Below are positions 18,036 through 27,207 of a stretch of DNA of 64,000 bases, one piece after another; within the stretch, counting starts at the first letter, position 1; each line of letters begins with the position of its first letter. The position numbers and the translations under genes were made by a program. This DNA is from Minisyncoccia bacterium (GTDB taxonomy: Bacteria; Patescibacteriota; Minisyncoccia; Phycocordibacterales; UBA918), in the NCBI GenBank assembly GCA_046293175.1, contig JBKBPM010000001.1:363446-427445 (forward strand). The letters are read 5' to 3'. The notes below the pieces were generated by a model. It searched no databases. It saw nothing but the letters and a program-made list of their open reading frames with translations, and was not told where the DNA came from.

Positions 18036-19061
18036 TTATACGATATCGGTAATATCAGCTGCTTCTGGTACCGTCGCAGCACACTTGGTTTTACGTCTAC
18101 GACGCCAGTACCAGATGAGTAGCGTAAGGACAACGAGGGCTACCACCGCACTTCCACCAGAAGCTATCATCCAGAGTGGCCAACGTTCAAGACTCGCATT
18201 CTTTGGAGCTAATGTTGCAATATACTCGTTTCCGGCCTTGTCTACCGCGCGGACACGAATGGTACTCTTAAGACTCTGATCATTGAGAACATACGGACTA
18301 CGAGTTTCAGTCCAGACTGTGGTAGCAGCACCAAAGGTGAAAAGGCGGGTATCTTCAACCGGTTCTTCAATTACTTCGTAGTGACTGATGCCACTTTGTT
18401 TGTCGGTGGTATTAAAGACAATATAGTATTTCTTATCAAAGGCAAACTCATCCTTTTCAAGTGTAATCGAGAATTCCTCAGGCGGAATATTATCAGCAGT
18501 AATGACATCACGCCAATCATCAACAATGGTACTTCCTACCACTTGATTGAGGATAAGTTCTGCACCAAGGGTTTGGAGTTGTGCTTCGGTCCCAAAACCA
18601 TCATTGAGAAAAGCGCGTGTTTCAGGCTTAAAGGTGACAGTACCTAAAGCCGGAACATCAGTTCCACCAACAGTGAGGCCTGGGGCTCGAAAGACAATCT
18701 GTAGCAACGTGTTTGTAAGACGTGGATCCCCTTCAACACGACCACAATAACCATTTGGAATGCCGCCGGCAAAAGTGATGGTTCGGCTGTCTTTATCAAT
18801 GACGGGTTGTTCTACCCAGATTGGGAAAATTGATTGTCCAATTGAAATGTCAACTGGATTAATTGCTTCGTTGTAAGTAATAACACCATCAATGGCATTA
18901 ATACATTCATCGGTCGCTTCATCAGTATCAAGACGAACTGAGAGGGTTACCGAGTCACCTCGGTTAAGTGTGGGACGTGGCGGATCAAGATACAAAGTAG
19001 CTGCTGACGCGAAATCAGCTGCAAAAAACATACACAAAAGAAGAGCGAGTCGATAGACCAT
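18036..19061 (-). CDS. cohesin-like membrane-anchored surface protein
   Basis: ORF 18036..19166 (-). Likely start at MVYRLALLLCMFFAADFASA (near 19061). The cohesin-like N-domain (ATLYLDPPRPTLNRGDSVTLSVRLDTDEATDECINAIDGVITYNE...) is followed by an Ig-like domain (VRAVDKAGNEY), a C-terminal TM (VVALVVLTLLIWYW) and a short basic tail. Confidence 0.65.
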   Translation of the reverse strand: MVYRLALLLCMFFAADFASAATLYLDPPRPTLNRGDSVTLSVRLDTDEATDECINAIDGVITYNEAINPVDISIGQSIFPIWVEQPVIDKDSRTITFAGGIPNGYCGRVEGDPRLTNTLLQIVFRAPGLTVGGTDVPALGTVTFKPETRAFLNDGFGTEAQLQTLGAELILNQVVGSTIVDDWRDVITADNIPPEEFSITLEKDEFAFDKKYYIVFNTTDKQSGISHYEVIEEPVEDTRLFTFGAATTVWTETRSPYVLNDQSLKSTIRVRAVDKAGNEYIATLAPKNASLERWPLWMIASGGSAVVALVVLTLLIWYWRRRRKTKCAATVPEAADITDIV

Positions 19062-19172
19062 ACTCACAGTATACAGAATGACACCAGTCAAAAAGGGTTT
19101 TTTACACAAACAAAAATTCCCCGTGGTGGGGGGAATTTTTGTTGTATTACTCCAAGCTTGGACCAATATTCT

Positions 19173-20327
19173 TTAGAACACTGGGGTTGCTACGTATGTC
19201 AGCGTAGCGGTATAGTCGTTCCCCGCTTCCTGGAGCGGAGAAATTTCAACTTTGTAACCTACGCGGGTACTACCAACATTTGGAGTGGTCCCGTCTGAAG
19301 GTCCATTGTGTCGAAATACTTCAACTGGTGTGGTTGATGCAGACACAAACAGTTGCCCGGTTGTGCTTGCAGCAAATGGATCCGTCAAAGCATCGGTGAG
19401 TGAAGAGTCTTCTGTGGTTATACCCCAGTGACCCCACGTATTCTCATCGCTGATTGAACCGGTTGGCGGTTGCCACGCCACTGGCGTGTTAGTGTACGCA
19501 CCATCGATAAATCCATCAATATCAGCACCAGTTGAAGAGAGCAACTGCTGATCAACTTGCACAGTTACGGCAAAACCGTAGCTCGCATTTGTTGACACAG
19601 ACAATTGCTGAGCTGATGTCGTGGCTGTACCCTGTGTCAAAACACCAAATGGAATTGATGTGGCAGAGGTTGAGCCAGTAATTGCTTCTTGGTTAACTGT
19701 TCCAGTAGCGACACCGCTTACGGTAAATGTAAAGCTAGTATCAACTGCAGCAGTAACAACGACTGGTGAGATGATAGCTACTCGAGTAGTTCCACTATCC
19801 GCTGAACCCGCAGTAATGTCGATTTCGTATGAACCGACAGCTGGGTTGGTCAGCTGAGCATTACCAGTGGCACCAAAAGTGGCATTGGTTCCGATCTGGA
19901 TAGTAGTTGTACCGTTGGCCGGCAACGAAGCACCATCACCAGCACAGAACTCGAGGGTAATGGTGTTGGTACTTGTTGAAAAACCAACCTCATCAGTGCC
20001 TCCACATCCTGCACCAATAGACAAATCTGTACCGTCATCAGTGATGTCGACGTCATCAAATGCGACTGCTCCAAGAGCGAACGGCCCGTTAGAGAAATCG
20101 ATGACAATTGATTCACCGTTTGCAACACCAGAAGGTGTAACAAAGCTGATGGTGTGATTTGATGGCACACTCGGAGCTGAATCCGAGAGCGTATCACTTA
20201 CTAATCTGACATTTGCGGCCTCCGCAAAGCGGAACGTTGGTAGACCCAAAGACCATAACAAGATGGCGAGTCCAACAACAGAAGCCAGTGCTTGGAGTAG
20301 TCCGAACGTTGAATTCGTTCTACTCAT
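19173..20327 (-). CDS. WxL-like cell-surface protein (N-terminal SNHTIxF domain, C-terminal W-G-[IL] beta-rich domain)
   Basis: ORF 19173..20399 (-). ATG verified at 20327 (MSRTNSTFGLLQALASVVGLAILLW signal). The C-terminal half (SFTFTVSGVATG...TWGHWGITTEDSS...TATLTYVATPVF) carries two motifs reminiscent of the WxL domain. A paralog lies at 59876..60997. Confidence 0.65.
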   Translation of the reverse strand: MSRTNSTFGLLQALASVVGLAILLWSLGLPTFRFAEAANVRLVSDTLSDSAPSVPSNHTISFVTPSGVANGESIVIDFSNGPFALGAVAFDDVDITDDGTDLSIGAGCGGTDEVGFSTSTNTITLEFCAGDGASLPANGTTTIQIGTNATFGATGNAQLTNPAVGSYEIDITAGSADSGTTRVAIISPVVVTAAVDTSFTFTVSGVATGTVNQEAITGSTSATSIPFGVLTQGTATTSAQQLSVSTNASYGFAVTVQVDQQLLSSTGADIDGFIDGAYTNTPVAWQPPTGSISDENTWGHWGITTEDSSLTDALTDPFAASTTGQLFVSASTTPVEVFRHNGPSDGTTPNVGSTRVGYKVEISPLQEAGNDYTATLTYVATPVF

Positions 20328-20626
20328 GACTCTACATTGTATTAGCCAGGCACTACTGCGAGAGTTAGACAATGCAGTAACGTGACTCGCGACCGTCATC
20401 GTTCACAGTGTGGTCTCCACCCCACTTCTGTATAGACGAGCGACAGGCATACTAATGCTGTAACAGCGGCTGTTCTGTCCTAGCATACCATTGTGGTGGG
20501 AGCTAGCAGTATCATTAAAGAGATACCTCCAACATTAGTACTATTTCATTGTAGCCTGCTCCCCGAAACAAAAGAGAAACTTATACACAAAATTTATTTG
20601 GTTTGTCCCATTCAATTGAATATTGC

Positions 20627-21119
20627 TCAGTTAAGTAGGCTTTTACTTAATAAAAGCATCGTTGCTAACGTATAGATATTTAAACGTTCACCATTGGATT
20701 GCACCCACCAGGTATGTGCTGGTGACATATTTGTTTGATTTGACACATAATTTTTACCGCCTATAATCGCATTTGCATCTCTACTAACAAAATAAGTGTT
20801 TGGATCTATTCTTGTGGTTTTTGAATTTTCAAAATGTTTAATGTTTGTTACAAAATCTGCAACAATTTTTAAGTTCTTTGACCCTTCAGTTCTTGAAAAA
20901 ATTTTCTCAATGTTTTTATCATTACTGAATACTTTAATCCAATCTTTTAGATGATAAAGATAAAAAAATATATAAATAATCTTCTTGTTCAACTATAGGC
21001 ACTCCGTTTATCTGGTGAACATTTGACTCAACCTCTTTCACTTTCGTATGCCATCTTTTTACATGTTCCCACTGTTCCAAGTAGTCTTTTCCTTGAAATT
21101 GAGGTGTAAAACTTTGCAT
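20627..21119 (-). pseudogene. AT-rich-island gene interrupted by a frameshift in a T7 homopolymer (possible phase-variable or degraded gene of unknown function)
   Basis: ORF 20934..21119 (-) ends ...EQEDYLYIFLSLSSKRLD. ORF 20627..20992 (-) begins only at a TTG, with no ATG. The two frames cross at the A7/T7 run at 20962..20968. A +1 shift gives a continuous product of about 165 aa (...EQEDYLYIFFYLYHLKDWIKVF...HTWWVQSNGERLNIYTLATMLLLSKSLLN). The surrounding 0.8 kb is about 30% GC against about 50% elsewhere. Confidence 0.45.
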
Positions 21120-21284
21120 ATAATGATTTTAACACCAAACTTCGAAATCTGGACTATTACATAGGTAGTATGAAACAAAATGCTTGCTAGCAAGGCGCAC
21201 CAGTGATAAAGAACGAGCTATATTGTTATACGGTGATGATTCCGAACAATATGCAACAAAGCTAGGGAGGATTTTGATCGTAGC

Positions 21285-22391
21285 CTAACCGGTCCAGTTG
21301 AAAAGAAGAATAGAAAAGTCCTCCAACCCTACCCGCCCATTACTATTAATGTCAGCTGGTGGATTTGAGTCGCCACCGGCAGTCTGCCACCAGAAAATGA
21401 GAATAGAAAAGTCAGTGAGATTTACTTTACCATCGCGACTGAGGTCAGATGGGGAACTTGGTGCCCCATCAACTCCCAACAGAAGCTGTACAACGCTACT
21501 ATAGCCACTTTGTGTAAGCAACGGTGGTGTACCAGTAATCGAGCGTACTTTGATTGGATAGGTAGCATTTCGCATCGAAGCAGTGTTCAGGGTAAAGGTA
21601 TAGCGACCACTCGCATCACTCGTCGTACGCTCAGTACGGAGACTACTATTTCCCACTTGGATTTCAATTGTAGCACTCGGGACCGCTTGGCCAAAAATGG
21701 TGATCGTGCTACCTGGACTCACTTTAGTATTCGAGAGAATGAGAGTTGGTGGCAACAAAAGGCCACTCACGTTTGTTACCGCTCCTTGGGTCACATCAAA
21801 GGTACTATTGAGCGTGATTGATCTGACACCATTAGCATCGTTTGCCCACACTCCAAGTGTCGCTGTTCCAGGAGACGCTTTAGTAGAAAATTCAAACCGT
21901 CCTGAGCTATTGGCTCGTACCGAGCCAACCGACTTGGTATCAAGTAAAAAGTTTACTTGTTGGTTAGGGTAAGCGATACCAGTCACGCTGATTGACGCAT
22001 CACCCAAATCACGTGTACCTCCTCCTCCCCCACCACCACCTGAGGATCCACCACCACCTGAACCAGCCGGTTCAATTTGGCAGGTAGCCGAACAAAAGTC
22101 ACCGCCGGTATTGTTGGCGTCGTCACATTCTTCTGCATAAGTGGTCTGCAAAATACCATCGCCACAGTACGGTCCATAGTCACAAACGGCATTACACTGA
22201 CGACCGGCTATAGTGGTACTGTATAGCCCAATTTCACCAGGCACATCACACTGCTCACCAACATCCACTAGTGCATTACCACAGATACTGAGATCGATAG
22301 TAGTAGTCGCAGTTGAAATCGTCACCGCATGAGCATCGCCAGGAAAAGTTCCAAGTGAAGCAATTATGAGAAGGAAGGCTATCCACTGCAT
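21285..22391 (-). CDS. secreted dockerin-domain protein with N-terminal Cys-rich (myxococcal-type CxxxGEECD) repeats and Ig-like/CarD-like beta domains
   Basis: 368 aa with a signal peptide (MQWIAFLLIIASLGTFPGDAHA). Cys-rich repeats (CGNALVDVGEQCDVPG, CGDGILQTTYAEECDDANN, CSATCQ) are followed by a Gly linker and beta-sandwich domains. The C-terminus is a duplicated dockerin (DLSRDGKVNLTDFSILIFWW...DINSNGRVGLEDFSILLFNW). Confidence 0.75.
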   Translation of the reverse strand: MQWIAFLLIIASLGTFPGDAHAVTISTATTTIDLSICGNALVDVGEQCDVPGEIGLYSTTIAGRQCNAVCDYGPYCGDGILQTTYAEECDDANNTGGDFCSATCQIEPAGSGGGGSSGGGGGGGGTRDLGDASISVTGIAYPNQQVNFLLDTKSVGSVRANSSGRFEFSTKASPGTATLGVWANDANGVRSITLNSTFDVTQGAVTNVSGLLLPPTLILSNTKVSPGSTITIFGQAVPSATIEIQVGNSSLRTERTTSDASGRYTFTLNTASMRNATYPIKVRSITGTPPLLTQSGYSSVVQLLLGVDGAPSSPSDLSRDGKVNLTDFSILIFWWQTAGGDSNPPADINSNGRVGLEDFSILLFNWTG

Positions 22392-22396
22392 AGTTG

Positions 22397-23347
22397 TTAG
22401 CCTAAACGTCGCGACCGGCGATTGTGAATAAAATAAAGGATAACTATCAAGAGCGCAAAGATTGGGAGAAGGAGTGAGAGCTTATGAGCAATAGAAAGTC
22501 CCATAAAACCATAACCGGCAAGCTGCAAGGTACCATACGGCAAAATACTAAGGTTTAACTCACCTTCCTGTTTGACGTCTTCTTCATTCTTGATGGAGTA
22601 CCGCACCATATAGCTCCCAGCCGGTAGACGGGTTGGCAGCGAAGCATTAATCTCTTCAATGGCGTATGGAGCAATTTTTTTAAGTCTACCAGTGTTATGT
22701 GTCTCTTCGAGGAGTACTGCCCCAGCCCGATCATAAATACGAAACTCAACATCAGACGGTGCGACATCGACATTACCGGTGTTTTCAATCAACATTGCAA
22801 AATTAATTTTTCCGGGGAAGTAGAGCCATCCCACTTTCTTACCTTCATTGAGATCATTTACTGAAATCTTACGAACACGGAAATCTTTAATCACTTTATC
22901 AATCACAGAAAGATCAATATCTACTTGAGCACCAAGCGAAATACTTACCACACCCTCAGCTACTTGATCATCGGCGGAGAGAGTTCGAATACGAATCTTA
23001 CCGGTATAGTCTCCAAAATCAGCATCTGCTGGAACTTTGATGCGTACCGTCATTGGTACCTTCTGCTGACCACGTGGCAGCGGAATAGATTGTCCTTCTA
23101 CGATTTCAATCCAGTCTTGAATCTCCGGTGCATCAATAGTGACTTCGGCTTTGAGGTTATCGCTTGGGTTACCTCGTACCAAGAGGATTTGTTGTTCGTA
23201 AGTTGAGTTTCGAGTGAGACTGGTATTGCGAACATACGGTGGAGTAATACCAAAACTAGCATGACTTAAAGCTGGCCAAAAGACTAGGATTGCGACCACG
23301 CACAAAACAAAAGAACGAAACAAAAACGTTGGCAAAATTACCTTCAT
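22397..23347 (-). CDS. CscA-like (DUF916/DUF3324-like) cell-surface protein with C-terminal TM anchor
   Basis: ORF 22397..23425 (-). ATG verified at 23347 (MKVILPTFLFRSFVLCVVAILVFWPALSHA). About 270-aa ectodomain, a C-terminal TM (LLLPIFALLIVILYFIH) and the tail NRRSRRLG. It lies immediately downstream of 23440..25317. Confidence 0.6.
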   Translation of the reverse strand: MKVILPTFLFRSFVLCVVAILVFWPALSHASFGITPPYVRNTSLTRNSTYEQQILLVRGNPSDNLKAEVTIDAPEIQDWIEIVEGQSIPLPRGQQKVPMTVRIKVPADADFGDYTGKIRIRTLSADDQVAEGVVSISLGAQVDIDLSVIDKVIKDFRVRKISVNDLNEGKKVGWLYFPGKINFAMLIENTGNVDVAPSDVEFRIYDRAGAVLLEETHNTGRLKKIAPYAIEEINASLPTRLPAGSYMVRYSIKNEEDVKQEGELNLSILPYGTLQLAGYGFMGLSIAHKLSLLLPIFALLIVILYFIHNRRSRRLG

Positions 23348-23439
23348 GCGATACAGACTATTATCGAAAATATCTGACAAAAAAGCAATAACCACTGTTA
23401 GGATAACAGTGGTTATTGAAGTCAATTATGGTCTGTTAT

Positions 23440-25317
23440 TTACCAAGCAGATGGTGTTGAGATAGCACCAGTGAATGTGTTCTGACCGGTATACGATCCT
23501 GCGAGTGTAATCGTACCTGGTACTGCAATACCCCAGTAGGTTGTTCCAGAAGTTGGAGTTGAGGTACTCGTTGGCTTTGGAATCTGAATTTGGAGCAAAG
23601 CCGGCGAGGTAGTGGCAGGAAGGGGTGATCCCGATGCGTAGGCAACTGCCGAGGTTGCATAGCGCTGCTGGTTTTGCGGGATAGTTGAGGTTGCAGAGAC
23701 GGGACAAAGACTACTGTTACTAAATGTTGTACACATAGACTCTCCACCGAGCAGCTGGTTGAGGCCAGTGTTACCAAGTACTCGCAGTGACGATGATGAA
23801 GTCAAGTTCGGCATGTTGGTACCTGGTTCGAGCTGATCGTACGCAATGGTACTCGTGAGAAGGTCAATCGCCACCAGACTAAGTAGCTCTACTGGGCTAG
23901 TGGTGGTAGCCATGGTACCCGTAGCAAAGTCATCGTCGACGCCTGCCACACCAGCACTCCAGGCTTGGGTATCAAATGGTGTACCAGAAACTGTTGGGTC
24001 GGCAATAAACCAAAGTGGGAAACTACATGAGTAGTTAATCGTGTCATCAGTAGCACCTGTACACGAAGTAGATGAAGCGGTACATGAGAGGTTCCAGACC
24101 GACGACGAGACACCACTTGGGTAACAGTTGTTGGGGTTGTAGCTACCGGCGGTACCGTTACAGGTAGTGGTACCGATAGAGCTGCGGAAGATAGATACAA
24201 CCGAGCCAATAATTTCATCAGCAGAACCGCCACCAACTGCATCACAACTATTGGCATCTGCAACCACAAAGTCAAGGGTAAAACCTGATGTTTGCGCCCC
24301 TGGAACGGTCAGTGCCATATCAAGACCACCATTAAGAGAGATGGTACTTCCTGAAATAGTTGGAGCAACGTTATTGACTGCAAAGGTGACATTTGTTCCT
24401 TGTGCTCCACCTACTGCCTCATGGCCATGTTCGTCATAAAGGTACCCAAAAGCATTATAGTTCGTGTCTTGGAGAATACTTGCCATTACCCGACTAGTTG
24501 TCGCATTAGCATAAGCGAGTGATATTGATGAAGACGCAACGGTGTCACCAGAGGCACAACTGTTTGTGGTAGTACTATAGGATGCACTGCCGCACACAAC
24601 AAGATAGAGAACATCTTCTGTGTCAACAACGTCTGGGTCAGTTGATGTGGATCGAAATAGCAGTGTACCGCCTGGGTCTACCGGTCCATCATTACTGAAG
24701 CCAGAAAATATTGGTCGACGGTTAACGTTAAATGGAGAAGAGTTAGTAGCGTTTGTTCCTTGTGAAAAAGTTGTACTACAACGTGGATTTACAGGATCAT
24801 CATCACATACCCAAGCATACCACTCGTTTGACTCAGAAAATAGACCTACTTCGTCAGTGGTGGTCGCGGCGCGAGCCTCTGTACCACTTGGAGTTCCTGT
24901 AGAGACAGCCCATCGGGTACCGGCACTACAAACTGGAGGTCGGGTACCAAGCGTTGAGGTTGATTGTTGTGCTGTTGGAGTCGCACTGGTACTACAAATA
25001 ATGAGGAAGTACGGTGCACCGTTAGCGTCTGTTGCTGTACCTACCCATGCTATCTGATCACCAGAGTTCGTCGGCGAAGTTGATGAGGAGCTTATCAACT
25101 CACGTGCTTCTTGACCGGCCACCCACGTTGGTGGGGTGTTTAGTACCGTTAGAGTGGTCGTCGCGGTGCTGGTCGCTTCAGCCTTTTCTAGTTCAGTTTT
25201 ACCAATGTTAAGAATAAATATAAAGGTAAAAATGAGCAGTCCTGATAACGCTGATAATACAGTGATCTTTCCTGCGGTCTCTACATACCGCGGAAGGTTA
25301 TTTTTGTTGTACAACAT
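23440..25317 (-). CDS. surface protein (625 aa) with Cys-rich C-terminal domain ending YWGIAVP, homologous to the C-termini of both giant proteins
   Basis: Signal anchor (ITVLSALSGLLIFTFIFIL). The C-terminal roughly 250 aa (SSIGTTTCNGTAGSYNPNNCYPSG...IPQNQQRYATS...TYWGIAVPGTITLAGSYTG...) align block-by-block with residues about 7200-7450 of the 7450-aa protein. Confidence 0.7.
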   Translation of the reverse strand: MLYNKNNLPRYVETAGKITVLSALSGLLIFTFIFILNIGKTELEKAEATSTATTTLTVLNTPPTWVAGQEARELISSSSTSPTNSGDQIAWVGTATDANGAPYFLIICSTSATPTAQQSTSTLGTRPPVCSAGTRWAVSTGTPSGTEARAATTTDEVGLFSESNEWYAWVCDDDPVNPRCSTTFSQGTNATNSSPFNVNRRPIFSGFSNDGPVDPGGTLLFRSTSTDPDVVDTEDVLYLVVCGSASYSTTTNSCASGDTVASSSISLAYANATTSRVMASILQDTNYNAFGYLYDEHGHEAVGGAQGTNVTFAVNNVAPTISGSTISLNGGLDMALTVPGAQTSGFTLDFVVADANSCDAVGGGSADEIIGSVVSIFRSSIGTTTCNGTAGSYNPNNCYPSGVSSSVWNLSCTASSTSCTGATDDTINYSCSFPLWFIADPTVSGTPFDTQAWSAGVAGVDDDFATGTMATTTSPVELLSLVAIDLLTSTIAYDQLEPGTNMPNLTSSSSLRVLGNTGLNQLLGGESMCTTFSNSSLCPVSATSTIPQNQQRYATSAVAYASGSPLPATTSPALLQIQIPKPTSTSTPTSGTTYWGIAVPGTITLAGSYTGQNTFTGAISTPSAW

Positions 25318-25395
25318 ACTAAATACTCTTATATTCTATAGGATACAAAGCAAAGTTATGCACTAGTTATGCACACCAGACAACCTTTACGACTT

Positions 25396-25576
25396 CTGGT
25401 GAGTTGTATGCTCACGCAATAATTTTCTAAAAGTACGAGGCGAGACCTCGTACTTACAAACGATTTTCTACTAAAGAGTTGCGAGCAGTAGCTGAGAGAC
25501 GTGGATTGGGCCATTAGGAATAGGCCCAACTCACGGAAATTCGCCATTGTCGGGCTAAAGCCCTCTGTGGCTTATT
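25396..25576. repeat. hairpin-rich intergenic repeat element, copy I
   Basis: ggtgag...ctgagagacgtgga-ttgggcc-attaggaata-ggcccaa-ctcacggaaattcgccattg...ctctgtggct. Contains the hairpin gtacgagg-cgaga-cctcgtac (25433..25453) and the covarying hairpin at 25506..25529. Lies between the stop of the ABC permease and the start of 23440..25317. Confidence 0.7.
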
Positions 25577-26785
25577 TCATTCATATCTGATGGCATCAAG
25601 TGGGTTGAGTGATGAAGCGCGGCGAGCTGGAAAAATACCAGTTAGGTATCCCACAGCTGCCGAAAAAAGCGCAATAAATACCAAAAAGCCAATTGGGAAT
25701 GAGAAGAGTTTTACAGCTTGACCACCAAATTGACCAGCAACAATATTAAGAAATAGATTAATAGTGACACCCAAGCCCACCCCCATCACAATTCCACTAA
25801 TACCACCAAGGAAGCCTACCACCACTGATTCAGATACGAAGAGGTATTTTACATCATTAGGTGATGCACCAATGGTGCGCATAATACCAATCTCCTTGGT
25901 ACGCTCAAGGAGTGTCACCGTCATGGTATTAAACATACCAATCGCGGACACAACCAAAGCAATACCACCAAAAGTGGCAAGGACAATCTGAATGCCTTGA
26001 AAGATCTTTGACGCTTGCTCTACAGTTTTTGAGAGCGCTGTTACACGGTACCCGGCCTCAATGAGCTTATTCTCTACTACCGGGAGGTTTTCATTCGTAT
26101 CAACACGCACCTGAATACGTTCAAACTCTTCAATGCCTACATAATTACGGAGTTCTGGTAACATCATCATGGCATTAAGGACACCCTCCTCTTTGGTGAT
26201 ACCACGGACGGTAAACTCTTTATTAATTACCACTTCGGTATTATTGTTCGTACCATCGTTTGCGGGAATCAAAATACGAAATGACACCTTCTCCCCCACA
26301 AAACTCGCTGGGTCTTCGACCCCGAAGAGCTTGAGGACTGCTGGTGAAATCATCACTGAGTTGGTGTCACCGGCATCAGCATCTGTGAATACTGTTCCTT
26401 CGGTAGCAGATACACCAGCATAGCGCAGATACGGTGGCTCCACGCCTTGAATAAAGACGTTACCGGTCAGTCCTTTGTAGGTCACGAGGGCGGGAAAGCG
26501 AGCCAAAGGTGCCGCATCAAGTACTTCAGGCATTTTTTCAAACTCAGCTACGGTGTCGGCGGTCAATTTAAGATTTTGAGCACCGGTGGCTGACACACCA
26601 AGAGACAACAGCGTCTCACCAAACACAATTTGTTCCAAGATGATTTGTTGGAGACCAAAGCCAAGACCCACGAGGATTACCACCGCTCCAGTCCCCACCC
26701 CCATACCCAAAATCGTCAACCAGGTACGGAGAGGGTTCGTTTTGAACATACGCGTAGAAAGCTGCGCTAGATCCTGCACTCGCAT
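25577..26785 (-). CDS. ABC transporter permease, FtsX/MacB-type (periplasmic-domain-containing)
   Basis: ORF 25577..26869 (-). ATG verified at 26785 (MRVQDLAQLSTRMFKTNPLRTWLTILGMGVG). N-terminal TM, large extracytoplasmic domain, then a C-terminal FtsX-like four-helix bundle (IGIMRTIGASPNDVKYLFVSESVVVGFLGGISG...). Confidence 0.85.
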   Translation of the reverse strand: MRVQDLAQLSTRMFKTNPLRTWLTILGMGVGTGAVVILVGLGFGLQQIILEQIVFGETLLSLGVSATGAQNLKLTADTVAEFEKMPEVLDAAPLARFPALVTYKGLTGNVFIQGVEPPYLRYAGVSATEGTVFTDADAGDTNSVMISPAVLKLFGVEDPASFVGEKVSFRILIPANDGTNNNTEVVINKEFTVRGITKEEGVLNAMMMLPELRNYVGIEEFERIQVRVDTNENLPVVENKLIEAGYRVTALSKTVEQASKIFQGIQIVLATFGGIALVVSAIGMFNTMTVTLLERTKEIGIMRTIGASPNDVKYLFVSESVVVGFLGGISGIVMGVGLGVTINLFLNIVAGQFGGQAVKLFSFPIGFLVFIALFSAAVGYLTGIFPARRASSLNPLDAIRYE

Positions 26786-26885
26786 AGTACATCCATTATG
26801 ACACAACTCGTTACATGCATTGGGCAGATAACCCCACCTATTAAAGGTAAACTTTGTACTAGAGCACACTAGTTGATTTAAGATT

Positions 26886-27195
26886 CAAGGTGAGAAATGG
26901 GATGGGGTAAAGAATGATGGGTATCATTCTTTACGAGGTTGCCAGCTATTTTGATTAAAAATAGCGACAACCTGTACTGGTCATGTAATGACCCATTTCG
27001 TAAGACGTTGCCAGCTACTTTATGAGAGAAACGAAATAAAGTAGTGACAAGGTGTGCTACTCCTCTAAGGAGGTGAGAAATTTTGAATTGTTTTAAAATG
27101 CTACCTAAAGTAAGGTTGTGGTAACTGAGAGACGTGGACAAAGCCATTAGTAATAGGCTTTGCTCACGGAAATTCTCACTAGTCAGCTTACACCT
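26886..27195. repeat. hairpin-rich intergenic repeat element, copy II (between ABC ATPase and permease genes)
   Basis: ggtgagaaatgg..., two sub-copies of the gccagcta hairpin (gctattttgattaaaaatagc; gctactttatgagagaaacgaaataaagtagt), then ctgagagacgtgga-caaagcc-attagtaata-ggctttg-ctcacggaaattc (hairpin 27139..27162 with compensatory changes relative to copies I and III). Confidence 0.7.
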
Positions 27196-27207
27196 CGTTT
27201 GTTTATT

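Noticed and set aside
20410-20500. Imperfect long-range inverted repeat ctccaccccac...gtggtgggag next to the AT-rich island. Checked as a possible tRNA or tmRNA-like integration target.
   Set aside because: No T-loop (GTTCxAxxC) or D-loop consensus, and no cloverleaf can be drawn. Kept only as a possible island-boundary hairpin inside the AT-island finding.
25356-25547. Small minus-strand ORFs 25356..25547, 26878..27147 and 28542..28841 with similar N-termini (MANFRELGLFLMAQSTSLSY / MASFREQRLFLMPLSMSL / MALSTSLSY). They looked like a conserved small-protein family.
   Set aside because: The similarity comes from the nucleotide-level repeat. The frames diverge immediately after the shared block. 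Copies II and IV have in-frame stops (TAG TGA; MANCRE*). Substitutions are compensatory for hairpins rather than synonymous, so these are non-coding.
27068-27130. Strong SD-like aggaggtga followed by TTG/ATG, and ggtgagaaatgg motifs upstream of 6-10-codon ORFs inside the repeat copies. Possible leader peptides.
   Set aside because: The ORFs are not conserved between copies (MGWGKE*, MERDHFARLI*, none in copy IV). The gagaaatgg segment is one arm of a covarying hairpin (gaaatgg/ccatttc against gaaaacg/cgttttc).
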